Shown here in pieces: positions 11,745 through 25,300 of a stretch of 64,000 nucleotides of DNA (position 1 is the first letter of the stretch; each line of letters opens with the position of its first letter). The notes under the pieces are model-generated. The model was not told the DNA's origin. It saw only the letters and a program-made list of their open reading frames with translations, and made no database searches. The position numbers and the translations under genes were made by a program. Source of the DNA: Eutreptiella sp. 'Long Island Sound 2002' (lineage: Eukaryota > Protista > Euglenida); assembly GCA_964036045.1 (NCBI GenBank), contig OZ038378.1:8060001-8124000 (forward strand). Direction: 5' to 3'.

Positions 11745-14700
11745 CAGTCACAATTTGCAGAATTTGTCTCTTGGATGTTTGTGATTAGATTCAATTGGGA
11801 ATGCTATTTGTTGTTTTCGTTTTTACCAATTTTCTTTTTTCCAAGTCAACACGGTAGGGGGGGGGCAGAAAACGGGCGCAACGGGCCCGGAAGAAAAATT
11901 TTCACGCTAAAAAAGGGGGGGGGGAACCCGGGCGCGAAGAAAATTTTTCCACAAAGTCTGGTAATGTCCCGGGAAAAAGTCCCATAATGTCCCGAATGGT
12001 TCCAAACGGTGCCCGTATAGTCAAGTCTCGTAATGTCCCAAATGGGTGGCCCCGAAGTCTCGTAATGTCCCGAATGGCTTGATTTTGTCTGGGACATTAT
12101 TGGACATTTTACTGTATGCCCTTCTATGAGATTTTGTGCCTTCCAAGTGCTGTTTATGACGCCGTATCCCTCTTTCATGAAATTGGACTCAAAGTTTCTT
12201 TTCCTTTCACCATTTTTTCACCGAGTTTTGCATACGGCTTGTTGCGTGATGAAGTCCGTGATCAGTCATGTTGACCATTGAATTGGTGATTTACTTCAAT
12301 GGCTTTTGGTGTTGAATTGTAGGCGCGCTTTGCTTGATTGCCGTGCTCCTAAGAGGCATAGCATCTACCATGCCATAAAGCTCTGCCGCCCCACACTGCT
12401 TTTTAAAAAGAGGAGTCATTAGAGAGGTTTCATGCAAACGGGGCCATCCAAGGTAAGCGAAGGGTGGATGGAAAGATACAACTCAACCGGTCGATCATCC
12501 ATTAGCTTGTGGAGATCCCTTGGATTGCCCTACCTAGCGAGTATCAATTTCCCTTCGGTTAGGGGACTAGAAAAAAGGTGGTGTCACCTACAACCGGTCT
12601 CTGCATGTGAAGCGGAAGCACAGTGCGTCCTCATCCACATGAACTACTTCTCGAAAGGTTGGGATTCTGATTAGCCTTTGTTTTGAGTCGAAAGGGAGGG
12701 CCAAAATCATGACTCGCTTACCAGGATCCCAATTTCTAAGACCCTTGTCGAGGCAACCGCCTAGTATATGTGTTGAACATTGTGTACAACCTTTGTCGTT
12801 AAGTGGCAAGTTGACAGCAGACCATTTTTTTTCGGCTTGTGATGGGTTTTTGTGTCAGGCACCTTCATCAATTTCTCTTAGCACGGACAAGTGGGGCATC
12901 GCGGGCGTTGGTTGGAAAGGGACTGCGTGAAACGTGGACTTCGTCGTCAAACAAGTGGCACTAAAGCATTGAGACACATCGCTAAGATGTATCATGATGT
13001 TGCTTTGCGTTGTCAGGCGCTCGATAGTTGGCTCGTTAGTTGGGCACTTTGGCAGGGACGGCGATGATAAGGTAGTCTTTGCCCTTAACAAGGTGATGAA
13101 ATGACTTCGTTTCACCTTGGGGACAATCCTTCGTGTGTGGGTGTGGGTGTGGGTGTGAGTGGGTTGTGGGTGGGCGTGGGCGTGCGTGTGCGCATGCGTG
13201 TCCCGTTTGCTAGCCAAGATCTTTCGGGATGGCACAAGTAGCAGTGTTTCCTTGTTTCAATTGCGAAGTTTGCAGCTCTGCCGTCATCGGATCCGCGCTT
13301 TGATCTTGGGATGACCCGGGATGATGTACATGAATTACGTGATGCCCTTAGAAGGAAAGCACACTACCGGTTGATTGCAAATGTCAAGGGTCAAGGGTAG
13401 AATTCCCGCGTGAGAGTGGGCGTAACGTTTCATTTCATGCACATGAATGTACTTGTTCCACTCGCTAAATTTGTGTGCGCGACAGCTAATGGCAACCCAT
13501 GCCTGTAATTGGTGTGGTTTGCGCTCTTGCAAACCTTTGCTCATGGTAGCCAAGATTGCCTTTTCCACGATTGAGTGTACTCTTCGCATCGGCGATCATT
13601 TCTTTCTTGGATGACGGGAAGGACAATGCGCAGCCAACGACAAGTGCCTTGGTTATACGACATCATACTGTCCCCTCGCCCCGCCAAGAAACCACGGGTC
13701 CCACTCGTGCATGCCCCACCCCCGCGGTGACCAGCATACCATGGGATTGGATGTGGGGTCAAGTGGCGGCCCACCTCGATGCCCCTAACACCCGCTCCTT
13801 GATGTGCACCAACCGAGACGTGCTCCTCCATGCTCTCACTACGCATTGAACACTTGCGCAAATTGTATTGGTGGGCCCACAAGTGCATTTCCCTCGGCGG
13901 TCCGCAATAGGCATCGCCTCAGTGTGTCTCTGACACACTGAGTTGTGATGTGCACGTGCATAACAAAGTGATGTGTGAAACCCAGTCCAGCCTGTCGGGT
14001 CCCTGCCCCCCATAGCGGGCAGGCATAGGACACGGGCATTGGGCTCCCAAAGTGCCCGGTGCATGCATGGAACTATGCAAGGATTCGACTTTGTGCCGTG
14101 TCTTTCACGCGCTACCAAACGATCCCTTTGCACTGGACAATGGTTATGGCCGTTTGAGAATCCTCGCTTTGCTTGTGCTCGTTATTGTATTTCTTGGCTA
14201 GGTGTTGCTCGTCTTCACAAGGGGTTGTGTTTCGGGTTGAAACCGCATAGTATCATAAGCGTGGTGCACACGCTTTGTGCTGGAGTGCATGTTGACATAA
14301 TGTGCTAGCGTACGAACTAGCTGCAACTAATACTTTCACGTTCAGAAGCAATGGGGCAAGCACCACCGAAAGTTTGCAAGCAAGTTCATCCATGGAGGAA
14401 ACTGGCTCCAAGTCCATTCTAATTCAAATTTTTTTCATGTCTTGCTTCGGTAGTGGAGACTAGCGACCTTTTGAGTGTCTATTTTTTCCGCCTCATGTAC
14501 ATTTGTTGAGTGCTCGCTGAAGCCCCAGACGACCCGGCCCTTTCACACCGGCTTCGCCTTTACTTTTGTGCGCGTCTATGCGTGTAGGACTATGAGACGA
14601 CACACGAATGCTTTTTTGATGCATACATGTGTTGTGTTCATGGTATGTGGTCAAACACAAATGTAGCCCACACACCATGTAGCATACCATAGCAGAATGA

Positions 14701-15224
14701 GGCCTTCGCTTACCAATGGAGAGGTACAATTCGTAACTCGTTGCACTCTCGTAGGGTTGCCGTTTGAGATCGCTTGCTCTCGTGCCTTCGCTGCGTGTTG
14801 CAGTTCTTTCTAGTTCTATGGGACTTGTAACACTGGTCCACCTTGAGCGTTGTGTGAAAGCCGAAATGTTGTTGAATAGCAACATCCGGTTGACAGTTGA
14901 TAGTTTTTGTGTTGGATACTAATCCCTTATGTGCGGGCTCTACATCTTGTGTCCACTAATGAACCTGTGCAAGTGCTAGCAAGGTGGGAAGATGCTTGGC
15001 TTCAACATGCGTGCATTTTCCATGCAAGCGTTTTGGGGTTGTCGGGGTCAAATATTTTTGGTAGCCCGGGCCGTGCCATGCCGGCGAGAAAGGGTTATGC
15101 ATCCGATACACCCAAAATAATAATTATTGTTTGACAGGCACATTTGAACCTTTGTGTAGGAAGTCCGGTGCTCATCCCATCCGCACCAAACACGCCATGC
15201 AAGTTGTGCACGTGCAAAGTGCGG

Positions 15225-15960
15225 CAGGCAGGGGGGAGGGGGGGGGGTTTATGGGGTGGGTGATCTGGATCATTTTTGATCCAAACACTAGGCAGTGGGG
15301 AGGGGGGGGGTTTATGGGGTGGGTGATCCGTGGATCACTTTTGGATCATCTTGGACCATTTTGGACCATTTTGCTTATTGCACTTTCAACTGTGTGCCAA
15401 TGGTCTTGTGGACTTGTGGATCATTTTTTGGAAGTTAAATTGTTGGAACAAGTGAATTTCCATTTTCGGTTCTTTTTTTTCTGAGACACATTGTTGGTCC
15501 AATATGTTGCTGTGTGATACTTACATTTGGAAGTTACATTTTTGGATCATTTTTTGCAACACTAATTGGTGGATCAATATGTTGTTTTGTGCGTGCTCTA
15601 GGTGTCACTTATGCCGTGTCTTCGGATCATTTTTCTTGCTTATGAATTGGTGGATCCTTTCTTTTTCTCCATGCCCCTTTGCCCTTGTGTACTCTACATT
15701 CTCTAACAGTGGCCTAGTTTGTGTAATGTCAGAGCCATCCCATTTGCAATTGCGTTACGACCCAAGGTTCTTGGGCCCCTAGGAGTGTCTTCACTAGCCC
15801 CTAGGACTATCCACGTTTCCGAATTAGTGGTCCGGAAAATTGCGGATCATTTTGCTAGGCAGGGGGGAGGGGGGGGGGTTATGGGGTGGGTGTTCCGTGA
15901 TCCGCGGATCTTTTGGTGGGGGGGAGGGGGGGGGTTTTGGACCCCCGCGGATCAGTGATC
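15225..15960 (+). repeat. Three dispersed copies of a G-rich motif (GCAGGGGGGAGGGGGGGG(T/G)TTATGGGGTGGGTG) with many GGATCATTTT motifs; probable TE end
   Basis: Copies lie at about 15228, 15290 and 15858 in the same orientation, with recurrent GGATC(A/C) units between them. Confidence 0.6.
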
Positions 15961-15996
15961 CGCAGACCGCCTACCACACAAATGAAGTGTCGCGCC

Positions 15997-16014
15997 ATCT
16001 TTGGATTTTCGTAG
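15997..16014 (+). promoter_or_regulatory. Pyrimidine-rich tract + AG acceptor 2 nt upstream of the ATG; possible spliced-leader trans-splice or 5'UTR intron acceptor
   Basis: The sequence reads ATCTTTGGATTTTCGTAG|atATG, with the ATG at 16017. Confidence 0.35.
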
Positions 16015-16016
16015 AT

Positions 16017-19000
16017 ATGCCGCCGATAACATACCCCGAGATCGACGTGAACACGTTCCCCGACCGTGAGGGATCGAATGTCCCTTTGTACCCAGAGTAT
16101 CCTACTGCCGGGGCAGAGATGACTCCATATCCCGATACCCCCATGCATACGCCGCACCCGGAGCGAGTAGAAGAGTCTAATACCGTACAAAAGTCAACCG
16201 CGGATGAGGAGGAGCCCAAGAAAGGTTGCCGCAAGTATTGGTCGAAGTTCGCTGCATCTATCCATTGGGGAATTTATCAGGTGTCTTTCCACACCCCGAA
16301 TCGGTATCATGCGCGCTCGATTGGGGCAATGAAGGGCACACGCGCGGCAGCCGGTCCAGTCGGGGGGGCTCATGTGTTTGGCATCATAGTATAGAACCAT
16401 GGGTAACGACACATCTATCAAAGCACTCCCCCACTTTTACGGCTAATTCTTCACCTCATTATTGAGAGGAAATCCACAAACAATACGATCATTGCCGTGC
16501 TCATGTTGAACATCCACTTGACTGTATTGTCCACAAGGAAAGCCCGTGCTCCCATTTGACCACCTTATATGCGGTTGGCGTGGCGCGTGACCACACTCGT
16601 CGCTGATAGCCATGGCACGTCAGCATGTCCCATGGAGGCATGTTTGCACGAGAGCCCCAATGTAAAGCTCGCAGCGCCCATGCAATGTGCTCAACAAAGG
16701 TAAGCCGCGCACAGTGCGGAGGGTTTTGTCCACAGGACGGGTCCATTTTCTTTCCTCTTGCCCCCTCCCTTACGTCAAACACCCTGTGTGCGGTTGCTGC
16801 TGCAAATGGAATGGGGTTGCACCTTTTCCTTCGCAAAAAGACAACCGGCACGAAACGGTGGTGTCAATTTTCAGGTACGGTGTAGTGTGCGCCAAAGGGT
16901 TGTTCAGCTGTGTGGTTGTGGTAAAGGGCGCGGGGGCGTTGCGTTGGATTGTTCCAAGGGCTCCACCGCAATGCACGCCCCACCTCGCCTCCAGTTCTTC
17001 TACAACTTGGGGCTGTTCGTCACCCGAAGGCCATTCCTCACCATCGCCCTTTCGGTGTGCCTCTGCATCCTGTGCGGCCTGGGGTTCCTCAATTTCGACA
17101 CGGAGACCGACCCGGAGGTGCTGTTCACGCCGCAGGACTCGCAGGCCGCCGCGGACAAGCGGTATGTGGAGGACACCTTCGGCGCGAGTCCCACCGATGT
17201 CAGAGTGTACGTGACGGCGCCCACCAGAGGAGACGATGTCGTCAGCAAAGCCATCTTGAACGACCTGTTTGACGCCGCGGGGGTCGTGCAAAGCGCCACG
17301 ACAACGTGGAACGGCGAGACGTTGACATATGACAACCGCTGTCTGAAGTCGGACGGCACGAACTGTGCCGTCATGTCCGTGCTGGACTGGTGGGGCAATG
17401 ACCGCGCCACCATGAACGCCGATACCGATCTGTATGCGACCCTCAGTGGAAATGCGTACGACGTGTACGGGGATCTGATCCCCAAGGCTCAGGTGCACTT
17501 GCTCCCTCCCTCAGGGGTGTGCTGCAAGTTGGACTGCGTTCCATAAAAGAGGGTCAAGACTGTCACGAGGGGGTACACAAGGACCGACAACGCTCCCCAA
17601 GGGGGGCTGGGGGAGGGCTGAGGTGGGGGGCAGTGACCATTTGGTAGTGCAAATGTGGAGTGAGCGGGTGAGCTGCATGGTCCCCAATGATGTTTGACAG
17701 ATGCCGACGCAGCAGACGGGGCCTAAGAACAATGCGAACGGCGACCGGTGTCGCATTTTGAATGCGACACCTGCGGGTGGTCCATCCCATGCCATGCTCC
17801 TTGCAGAGGGCTCTGATATGGGCTGTTGCCATGGCCCCCTCCACGTGGATGGGAATAAAAAGGGACAGATGAGTGTTTCTCTACGGGGTTTGATCCTCAC
17901 CAATGATCGCCGCCCCGGTCACTATTACTGTCATGGTGCGACGTTGCGCATGTGATCGCTTGCGCGGGGTTGATGGTGAGGGCTTGGGCAAGACAAATCC
18001 TGTCCTCGTCTGTGATCGCTGCCTGATGTGTGATGCATCATCGGCGTGGTTGCAACGACATGCCCCATCGCAGGGATCGTGCCTTGTAATAACAGCATGC
18101 GATAGGGTCCAATCAGTTTCCTGCGACCCGCAAAATGACCGTTGCCCCAAACAAAAGTGTGCATTTTCCCCTGTTCAGGACAGCTTCTTCGCAAACCCTT
18201 GGACCTGTTGTTGCTTTCTCCATAACGATAAGTATTACAGAACGATTCTGGACCTGCAAGGCCAGAAATGGCAACGGTGTCCTCTTGGTTCATTGCCTAT
18301 GTAATGTTTTCTGGTGTTGTTTGCATTGTGCAAATGTTTCTCAGACCGTAACCCATTCATTCCTTCATGTTGCTGGTTTGATGAACCCTTTACAAGCCCT
18401 TAAACTGAACTTTAACCCTCAGGTCATGGGGGGCATTACATACGATTCCAATGGGAACATCAGCAAAGTGGAGGTGTTCCAGTACATTCTGCGGTGCCGT
18501 GTGGAAGACAGTCTGCGAACCGATGACCGCGTCAAGGAATGGACCAAAGTCGCTGCCGAAGATGTGCTGGCCTATACCCCGTCGGATTCTAAGGTGTACC
18601 CGTACAGCTTCGGAATCCAACAGGAGGAGACCAGCAGCAATATCCAAGGCGACCTGCGGAAGCTGATCTTTGGGTTTTTCCTGCTGTTCTTGTACGCTGG
18701 ATTCGTGTTCTCCAGTAATTCACAGATCCATTCGCGCGTCGCGATGGTGTTGGTCTCCCTCATTGCAATTGCACTGGCGATCATTTCATCGTTTGGCGTC
18801 GCATCGATGATCGGACAGAAGTGGAACCAGGTCGTCTGACCCCGGATCCGCCTTGCAGAAGAGCCCTGACCTCAGTCCTCTCAAAAGCAGCACTCGTCTC
18901 TTCTAGACATTCATTGCCGTTGATCACTCGATGAATCAATCAGTTGATCAGGGAATAGATGGCAGCTGTTGCGGATTGTACATGGACGGGTGTTGAATGC

Positions 19001-19290
19001 GCTGATGCGAAGGCAGGATGCTTTGCATCCTCCTCCAGCCTTTCTCCCAACAATTATCCGAGTCCACATTCCAGCCCTCATCCCAGCTTTCATCTCAGCC
19101 CTCGTCCCACCACTCATCCCACCCCCTCCTTCATGAGGTGACCGTTTCTTCTGGGGGGTCAAGATGTATGGATGGGTGCCCTCTCATCCCACCCCTAATC
19201 CTTGGCCTCATCCTACCGCTCATCCCAGGCCTCATCCCAGGTTTCTCCCAGCCCTGTCTTCCCACCCTTCACCCCCTTTTGGCTGTGTGT

Positions 19291-19324
<34 letters not shown>

Positions 19325-22300
19325 CAGGGTCAGCCTCCGTCCACACCGTTCCGTTGCTGTTTCTGTTTCTGTTGTTCTCTGGCCCCTGTCTTTTGCAGCA
19401 CAGTCTGCGTATCGAGTCTGCATCCAGCGCTTCAAGAAGTACACCCATTGCTAATGCGCGTGTGTTTGGGGGGGAGGGGGTGCAGGGTGCAGGAACGAAG
19501 GCTTTTTTGTGCGGGACCGTGCAGGAATGATGTGGCATGCACAGCAGCATCTCATCCCTCGGCCTAACTGTCAATGCAGCCCGACTCCCCCACGCCCCCA
19601 TCCGCCCCCCTGCAGTGTATGGTGTGAGTCGTGTAATTTTTTTGTCGTAAATGCGAGTACAAAAAAATTGGCGAGTACTACAAAAACCGGGTACTCGCAT
19701 TTACCGCGACGAAAATTTACACGGCGATTTTTTTGTGTTTATCTCTACCGCAAACAAAAAAAAATTACTCGCACCAACAACGAAAGGAAAATTAGTGGCC
19801 TCTAACGACTTCTGATTTTGTCCCCGCTTTGGGATCCCCAAGACGGCAGGGGTTATGTAGCCACTTTGATTTCGTCCCTGATCTCCGGACCTTAAAACCG
19901 AAAAAAAGTGTTACACGAATTTACCGCAAAAAGATTACACGTGCGGAAGCTTTTTTTTTGTACACGAGTTACACCCCCCCCCGCATCGCAGCCCGCATTT
20001 CCGCCCACACCAGCCCTCATCCCATCCTTCCTCCCACCCTTGGCCGGCCCACGTGTGGTGCCACCGGGAAGACCATCGAGCCTTTGCAAGGGATTTCTGT
20101 GAGCCGAACCATGGACCTCCAGTTCCATTCGTTCATCCCACCCCATCGTCGCACTCCCACCCCTCGTCCTAGCCCTCCTCCCAGTCCCATCACCTGAGCC
20201 CCAGGCACACATTAGAACAAAAAAAATGGAAGGAGGACCCCCCCCCCCGGGTCCAACTCCCCCCCCCCCGCTCAGACCCCCCAGCCCCCCCCCCCCCCCT
20301 CCCCCTCTTCCAATGCAGGTGGAAGCCTGAGTCGGGTCCCCCCACACACACACTCGTGTACAACTCTCGTTCCAACAGGTGGTCAATCTGTTGCCATTCC
20401 TGTTGCTCGGACTGGGAATCGACGACAGCTTCGTCATTGTGGACATCCTCAAGAAGACCCCCGCCCCCTTGACCATGACCGACGCCGAAGACATCGTCAT
20501 GAGCCGTGTCCCCCGGACCATGGCCCGCGCCGGCGCATCCATCCTGGTGACGACGCTCACCGACATGGTGGCGTTCTTTGTGGGTGTGTTCCGCGGGAGG
20601 GTCCTGGCGGGGGCCGTTTCTTTCGGGACTGACGCAGTGCCGCTGGCCTGCCTCACCTGCACAACTGCCAAACTCCCGTTGCCGCCCCTGCCCCCGCAGC
20701 CCACTGATGACCTTTGCACTGACACCATTTCCTCGGATGCAATGCCCTTGTAGTGTGGTCTCGGGGTGGGGGGGGGGGGGCGCCGGGGCTGTCTCATGAC
20801 CCCGTGGACGGTGGGGAGCCTGGTGGGGTTGGGGGCTGGTGGGCTGCCCCCCGTGGCGGCCCCGCGGGCGGTGCGGGGCCCGGCGGGGGAGGGGGCTGGC
20901 GGGTGGCCTGTGTGGGCGGTGGACATGCCGGACGACCGAACTACCCACCCCGTGGACTGTGCCCAATGCCCTCTGTAGCCCGATGCCCTCCACAGGGGCG
21001 CAGCTGCTGTACCTCGTTGCTGTGCACCCCAACCCCGGCGCAGGCAGCATGGCACCCCCTGTACAATGACCGGACCGACTGGCGCTCATGGCACGTGCAG
21101 GCGTAGTGTTCAGCCGATAGTTCAGCCGACGCAAGTCATGGCCGGACAATCAGGCAACATTGGCCCAGATCGCAGTCCCTGAGCGTTTGTCTGCCACCAA
21201 CCCTTTCCTCTGCCAGCTCAACCCCCTCCCCTCTGCCCCCCCAGCCCCCCTCTGCAGCCCCTTTGCACGCCGCTGTCGCACCGCCTTGGCAGGAACCAGC
21301 ACCATTTTGGAGGGCCTCCGCGCCTTCTGCGTATTCGCCGGCTTCGGAGTCCTTTTTGATTTCGTCTACCAGGCCACCTTCTTCGCCGCCTGGCTGTCTC
21401 TCGACGTGCGTCGCTCCACCAAGAACCGCTACGACTGCTGCTGCTGCATAACAGGCGAGCAGCCGGCGCCGTGCTGTGGTTGTGACTGCGGGCCCTGCGT
21501 GCCTGACGTGCCCTTTGACGAGGACAAGGGGGGGCTCATGCAGCCCTTCATCAAGAAGTACATGGCGCCTGCCGTCCTGAGCAAACCCGGAAAGGCCGTC
21601 ATCCTGATCGCCTGCGCTGTGTTCTTGGCATTCGGGATCTGGGGCACTGTTGAGCTGCAGCAAGATTTCAGTTCCCGCTGGTTTGTGTCGGACGACAGCT
21701 TTCTGCAGGACGTGTATCAGATCCAGGTCAGCTTTTTGCTGAGTGCCATACTGTCATCTTGCGGCCCCCAGGGTAGGGCTTTGCTTTGATTTTCATTCCT
21801 ACAGCGGGGGGCTGACTGCTCCCCCCTTGACCCCCTCCACCCCTCCTCCCTCCGCTCTGGGTCACCTGAACAGCCGGACGTTTCTCAGTGGCACCAAAAA
21901 CTTTTGCTTCGGCGCCAATTGGGCAGGGTTGCATTGTGGTCAACATCTATCCAATGGAATTCCTGTTCCGGATACAATGTCCCAACGCCTCCCGGTTCAA
22001 GTTCAGCACCCCAGTCAAATCACCACCATCCGCGAAACACCAAGACTAACCTGGTGTTTTTGGTTAAAGGTGGAGTCAAAGGATTTTCGGTGAAGGGTAG
22101 ACCCAAAGGTGCCAGGTTGAAGGAGGTGCAAAGCGCTGTATGCACAGGGAGGGTCAGCAAACCACAGAGGTGGGCGTAGCCTGGTGCCTGTGCCCTCTCC
22201 TGCAGCCTCTCCCCTTCATGTACACAGCGCACAAGAAGAACCTACGGACAGGCACTAAGTCTGCTCATGGAAGGCCCTGCTGTGCTTACGTCCAGAGCGT

Positions 22301-25300
22301 TGCACTGAGCTGTCGGTGCTCGTGTGTTGGGCTGCTGCACCTGAGGCATCCGTGCCCCCAGGGGAGGGCGGGGAGGGGGGGGGGGTTATGGCTGGCACCT
22401 GGTGACCCCCAGGGACAGCAGTGTCCGCACTGTTGCTGGTCACAATGGACCCGCCCTGCCTCTTGCCTGCACCCTTGCCCCGCCTGCCCGGCCTGATCCT
22501 GGGGCCTGCCCTGGCCACCCCTGTCCTGTGTTCTTGCCTGTGCCTTTGCCTGCCCCCCCTTGGTCACACTTCGGCCCCGGCCCGGACCTCTGGGGGATGG
22601 GGAAGGGGAAGGGGTCCCCCGGCACCGGCGATGGCTGGACCGGGCACCCCTCCGGTGCAGGTCCACTGCCTGCAGCCTCGTTGTGCACGGGGCGGGGAAA
22701 GGACCTCCTGCGGAGCATGAAACCCTGTCCTGCCAGTGATGTCTGGGATTCCACTGCGGGGGTGGCATACTGCTGCCGGGTTCGGCATGCCGGACATTCT
22801 GGTCTTGCAGGGCCACGCAAGTCTGGAGGACGTCGCCTGTGATGGCAGACGCTAGCATATGCAGCCAAGCTGGCGGTGGCTAGCTTCATGTTGGCATGGC
22901 TCACACAGCTGGCAAAGGCGCAGTGTCAGGGCATACTGCCCCACAGTGCCGCAACCCTTCCCCATCCCATGCGCAGGGGGTGCCAGCGGCACTCACGCTG
23001 CGGCTGGATGCTGCACTGCCCCCCTTGCCCATTGCACTCACTGTACCTGTTGGTGCAGCATTGGGGGAAAGACCCCCAATTGGAACCACCCGTGTCCTGT
23101 GTCCTGCCTTCATCTGCTGGTGCGGAGCCATGCACTGGAGCAATGGAGTGCTAGGTGCTGCAACAGGACCTGCACTGAGCCCCGCACGGTGAGGTATGGG
23201 CGGTCCATGATGACCAGGCAGTACCTGCCCCCCAACAGGACCAAGGAATTGCAGTGCCCAATCTGCTTATAGGAGGGAGCCTGATAGCAAGTGTGGCTCC
23301 AGTTACCTGATCATGTGCTCAACACGTGCACCCTGCTTTGTTGGGACAGGGTGCAGCCCACAGCTCCTCCTGGCCCGGTGGCGCTGGCACTGTGTTGCCC
23401 AAGAAGGCCTCAAAACCGAAGGTCAATTTCACGAAGGAAGCCCCCTAGTCCATCCCACCACTGCAAACAGCTGGCCCACCGCAGGAGGTCATTGCGGAAG
23501 GAGGCACCCTAGCACCAACGTTGTGCAGCCTTGGCGCTGCGCAATTGGGTGGGCGTGGCAGTGGCTCTGCCAGCTATGCCCACAGGTTGTGTGCCACTCT
23601 GCCTCCCAGGCACGGCACAACTGTGGACATTGTGTGGGGGCTATCACCCATGAGCGCATTGGATGGCTCCTACCTAATGTTGCAGACAAGCACTACACTA
23701 CGAGGTGCATGCCATACAGGCAATGCACAAAGGCGTGGGCCGCCTTGCGATGGGCGTCCGCTGTGATGGCCACCGGCAACAGCCCTCTATGTTGTAGGCA
23801 CGTCAGCCACGAGTCCGGTAGTCCCAGCCCTGGCACGTCCTGCGCTATCACAACACCCGGTATTCACTCGTCCCAACGCCCGACCCACAGGGCGCACATT
23901 CCTTGGTCTCAGCTGCCCCATTAGAGGCATCCCACGGCACCCCGCATAGAGCGCTTGGCAACCCCCTGAGAGCCCATGTGGTGCCTGTGAGGAGGTGCCT
24001 CAAGAAGGAAGCCTCCAAATGGTTGCATGTGATCTGCAGCCCCTCCAGACATGCCAACCCTGTTGACGGTGCCCCCATCACCCCCAAAAGGGCGGGGCTA
24101 GTGCACCTCTAGACTCTTCAGGGCAACGTAGGACAAGCTGTCACGATGCAATGGAATAGGCCAAGTCCAGCTCCACCAAGTCGCAGGGGTTCCTGCCGCC
24201 TCAGTACTTTTGGGCGCCACCTTCTGGTCAGGGACTTCCAACTTATTGCATGGCCTATGGGCCCTGTTTGCAGGGCTCTCAAACCGCGTGGAACAGCACT
24301 TGTGTGGGCCAACTCGTGCTCTGCACGTGCCATCTGGACCAGGGGGTCATACCTAGTCCGCATGACCAGCAGTGTGCAGTCCCCTCGCATCAGCTCGGCA
24401 AATGTGTTCTCCTCTGCTTGCAATTGCCGGGAGGTGCCACACTGCAGAGCACAATGACCCCCACTGCCGTCGTCCAGTGTGTGAATGTGGGTACGTGCAG
24501 CAGCCCATGCTCCCCCCACTCCGCCCATCAGCCAGAATACAAAGTGCAGGGCAGCCCAGGGGGTACCTGGGGGTAAGGGGACACTGTAGGATTGACGGAC
24601 AGGCTTGAGGGGGGGGGGGGGGGCGTCCACCATGGCAGCGGCCAGCCGATCAGCCCCTGGTGTAGCGGACTTGTGGTTCAGCCGCGGGTTCAAGCCCCCA
24701 CACTGCTGTCAGTGCTCACATGCCACAACATGAGCCTTCATAGCAGCCACCAATCCAAATCCAAATCAATCCACATCCAACTCAAACTCCGCTTGTTGAT
24801 ACCTTCAGCCTCTGGCAGCCGCTTTGTATCCACGAACAATGCTTCACTGCTCAGCAGCGAACGCTTTCCTATTTCCAGTCCCTTGAGAAACCCTTTCTCT
24901 TGAGCAATTTCCTGTGGACCTCCAAAAGTGAGAAGCTTCATGCGCCTCCAGTGATGGGGGCCCTTGCAGCACCACAGGGCAGCCCAAAGCAACCGAAAGG
25001 GGAGGAGGCATAGGATACTCATTTCTTGGGGCTTCCATGCACAGGATCAGGGCTGTGCACACATGTGACTGGGCGCCCAAGCAGAGGGGCCGCCTCCCCC
25101 CTCCCTCCCTCCACCGTACTATAGCCCCCTGCGCACAGTCCTGCCCTGCAATGCATCTGCGTGTTACTGTGTGTTTGTGTAGGACCAATATTTCGACGGC
25201 GGCGCACCCTACGCCTCTTGCTACACGAAGACCGCGGACTACTCGACATCGACGGTCCAGGCAGATATGTGGGGCATCGGGAACGCGCTGCGCAACACCC

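Noticed and set aside
12400-14900. Decayed minus-strand gene (IHLSDVSQ resembling a phosphodiesterase; GQSKGSP resembling RT)
   Set aside because: The motifs are isolated, mutually inconsistent and separated by many stops.
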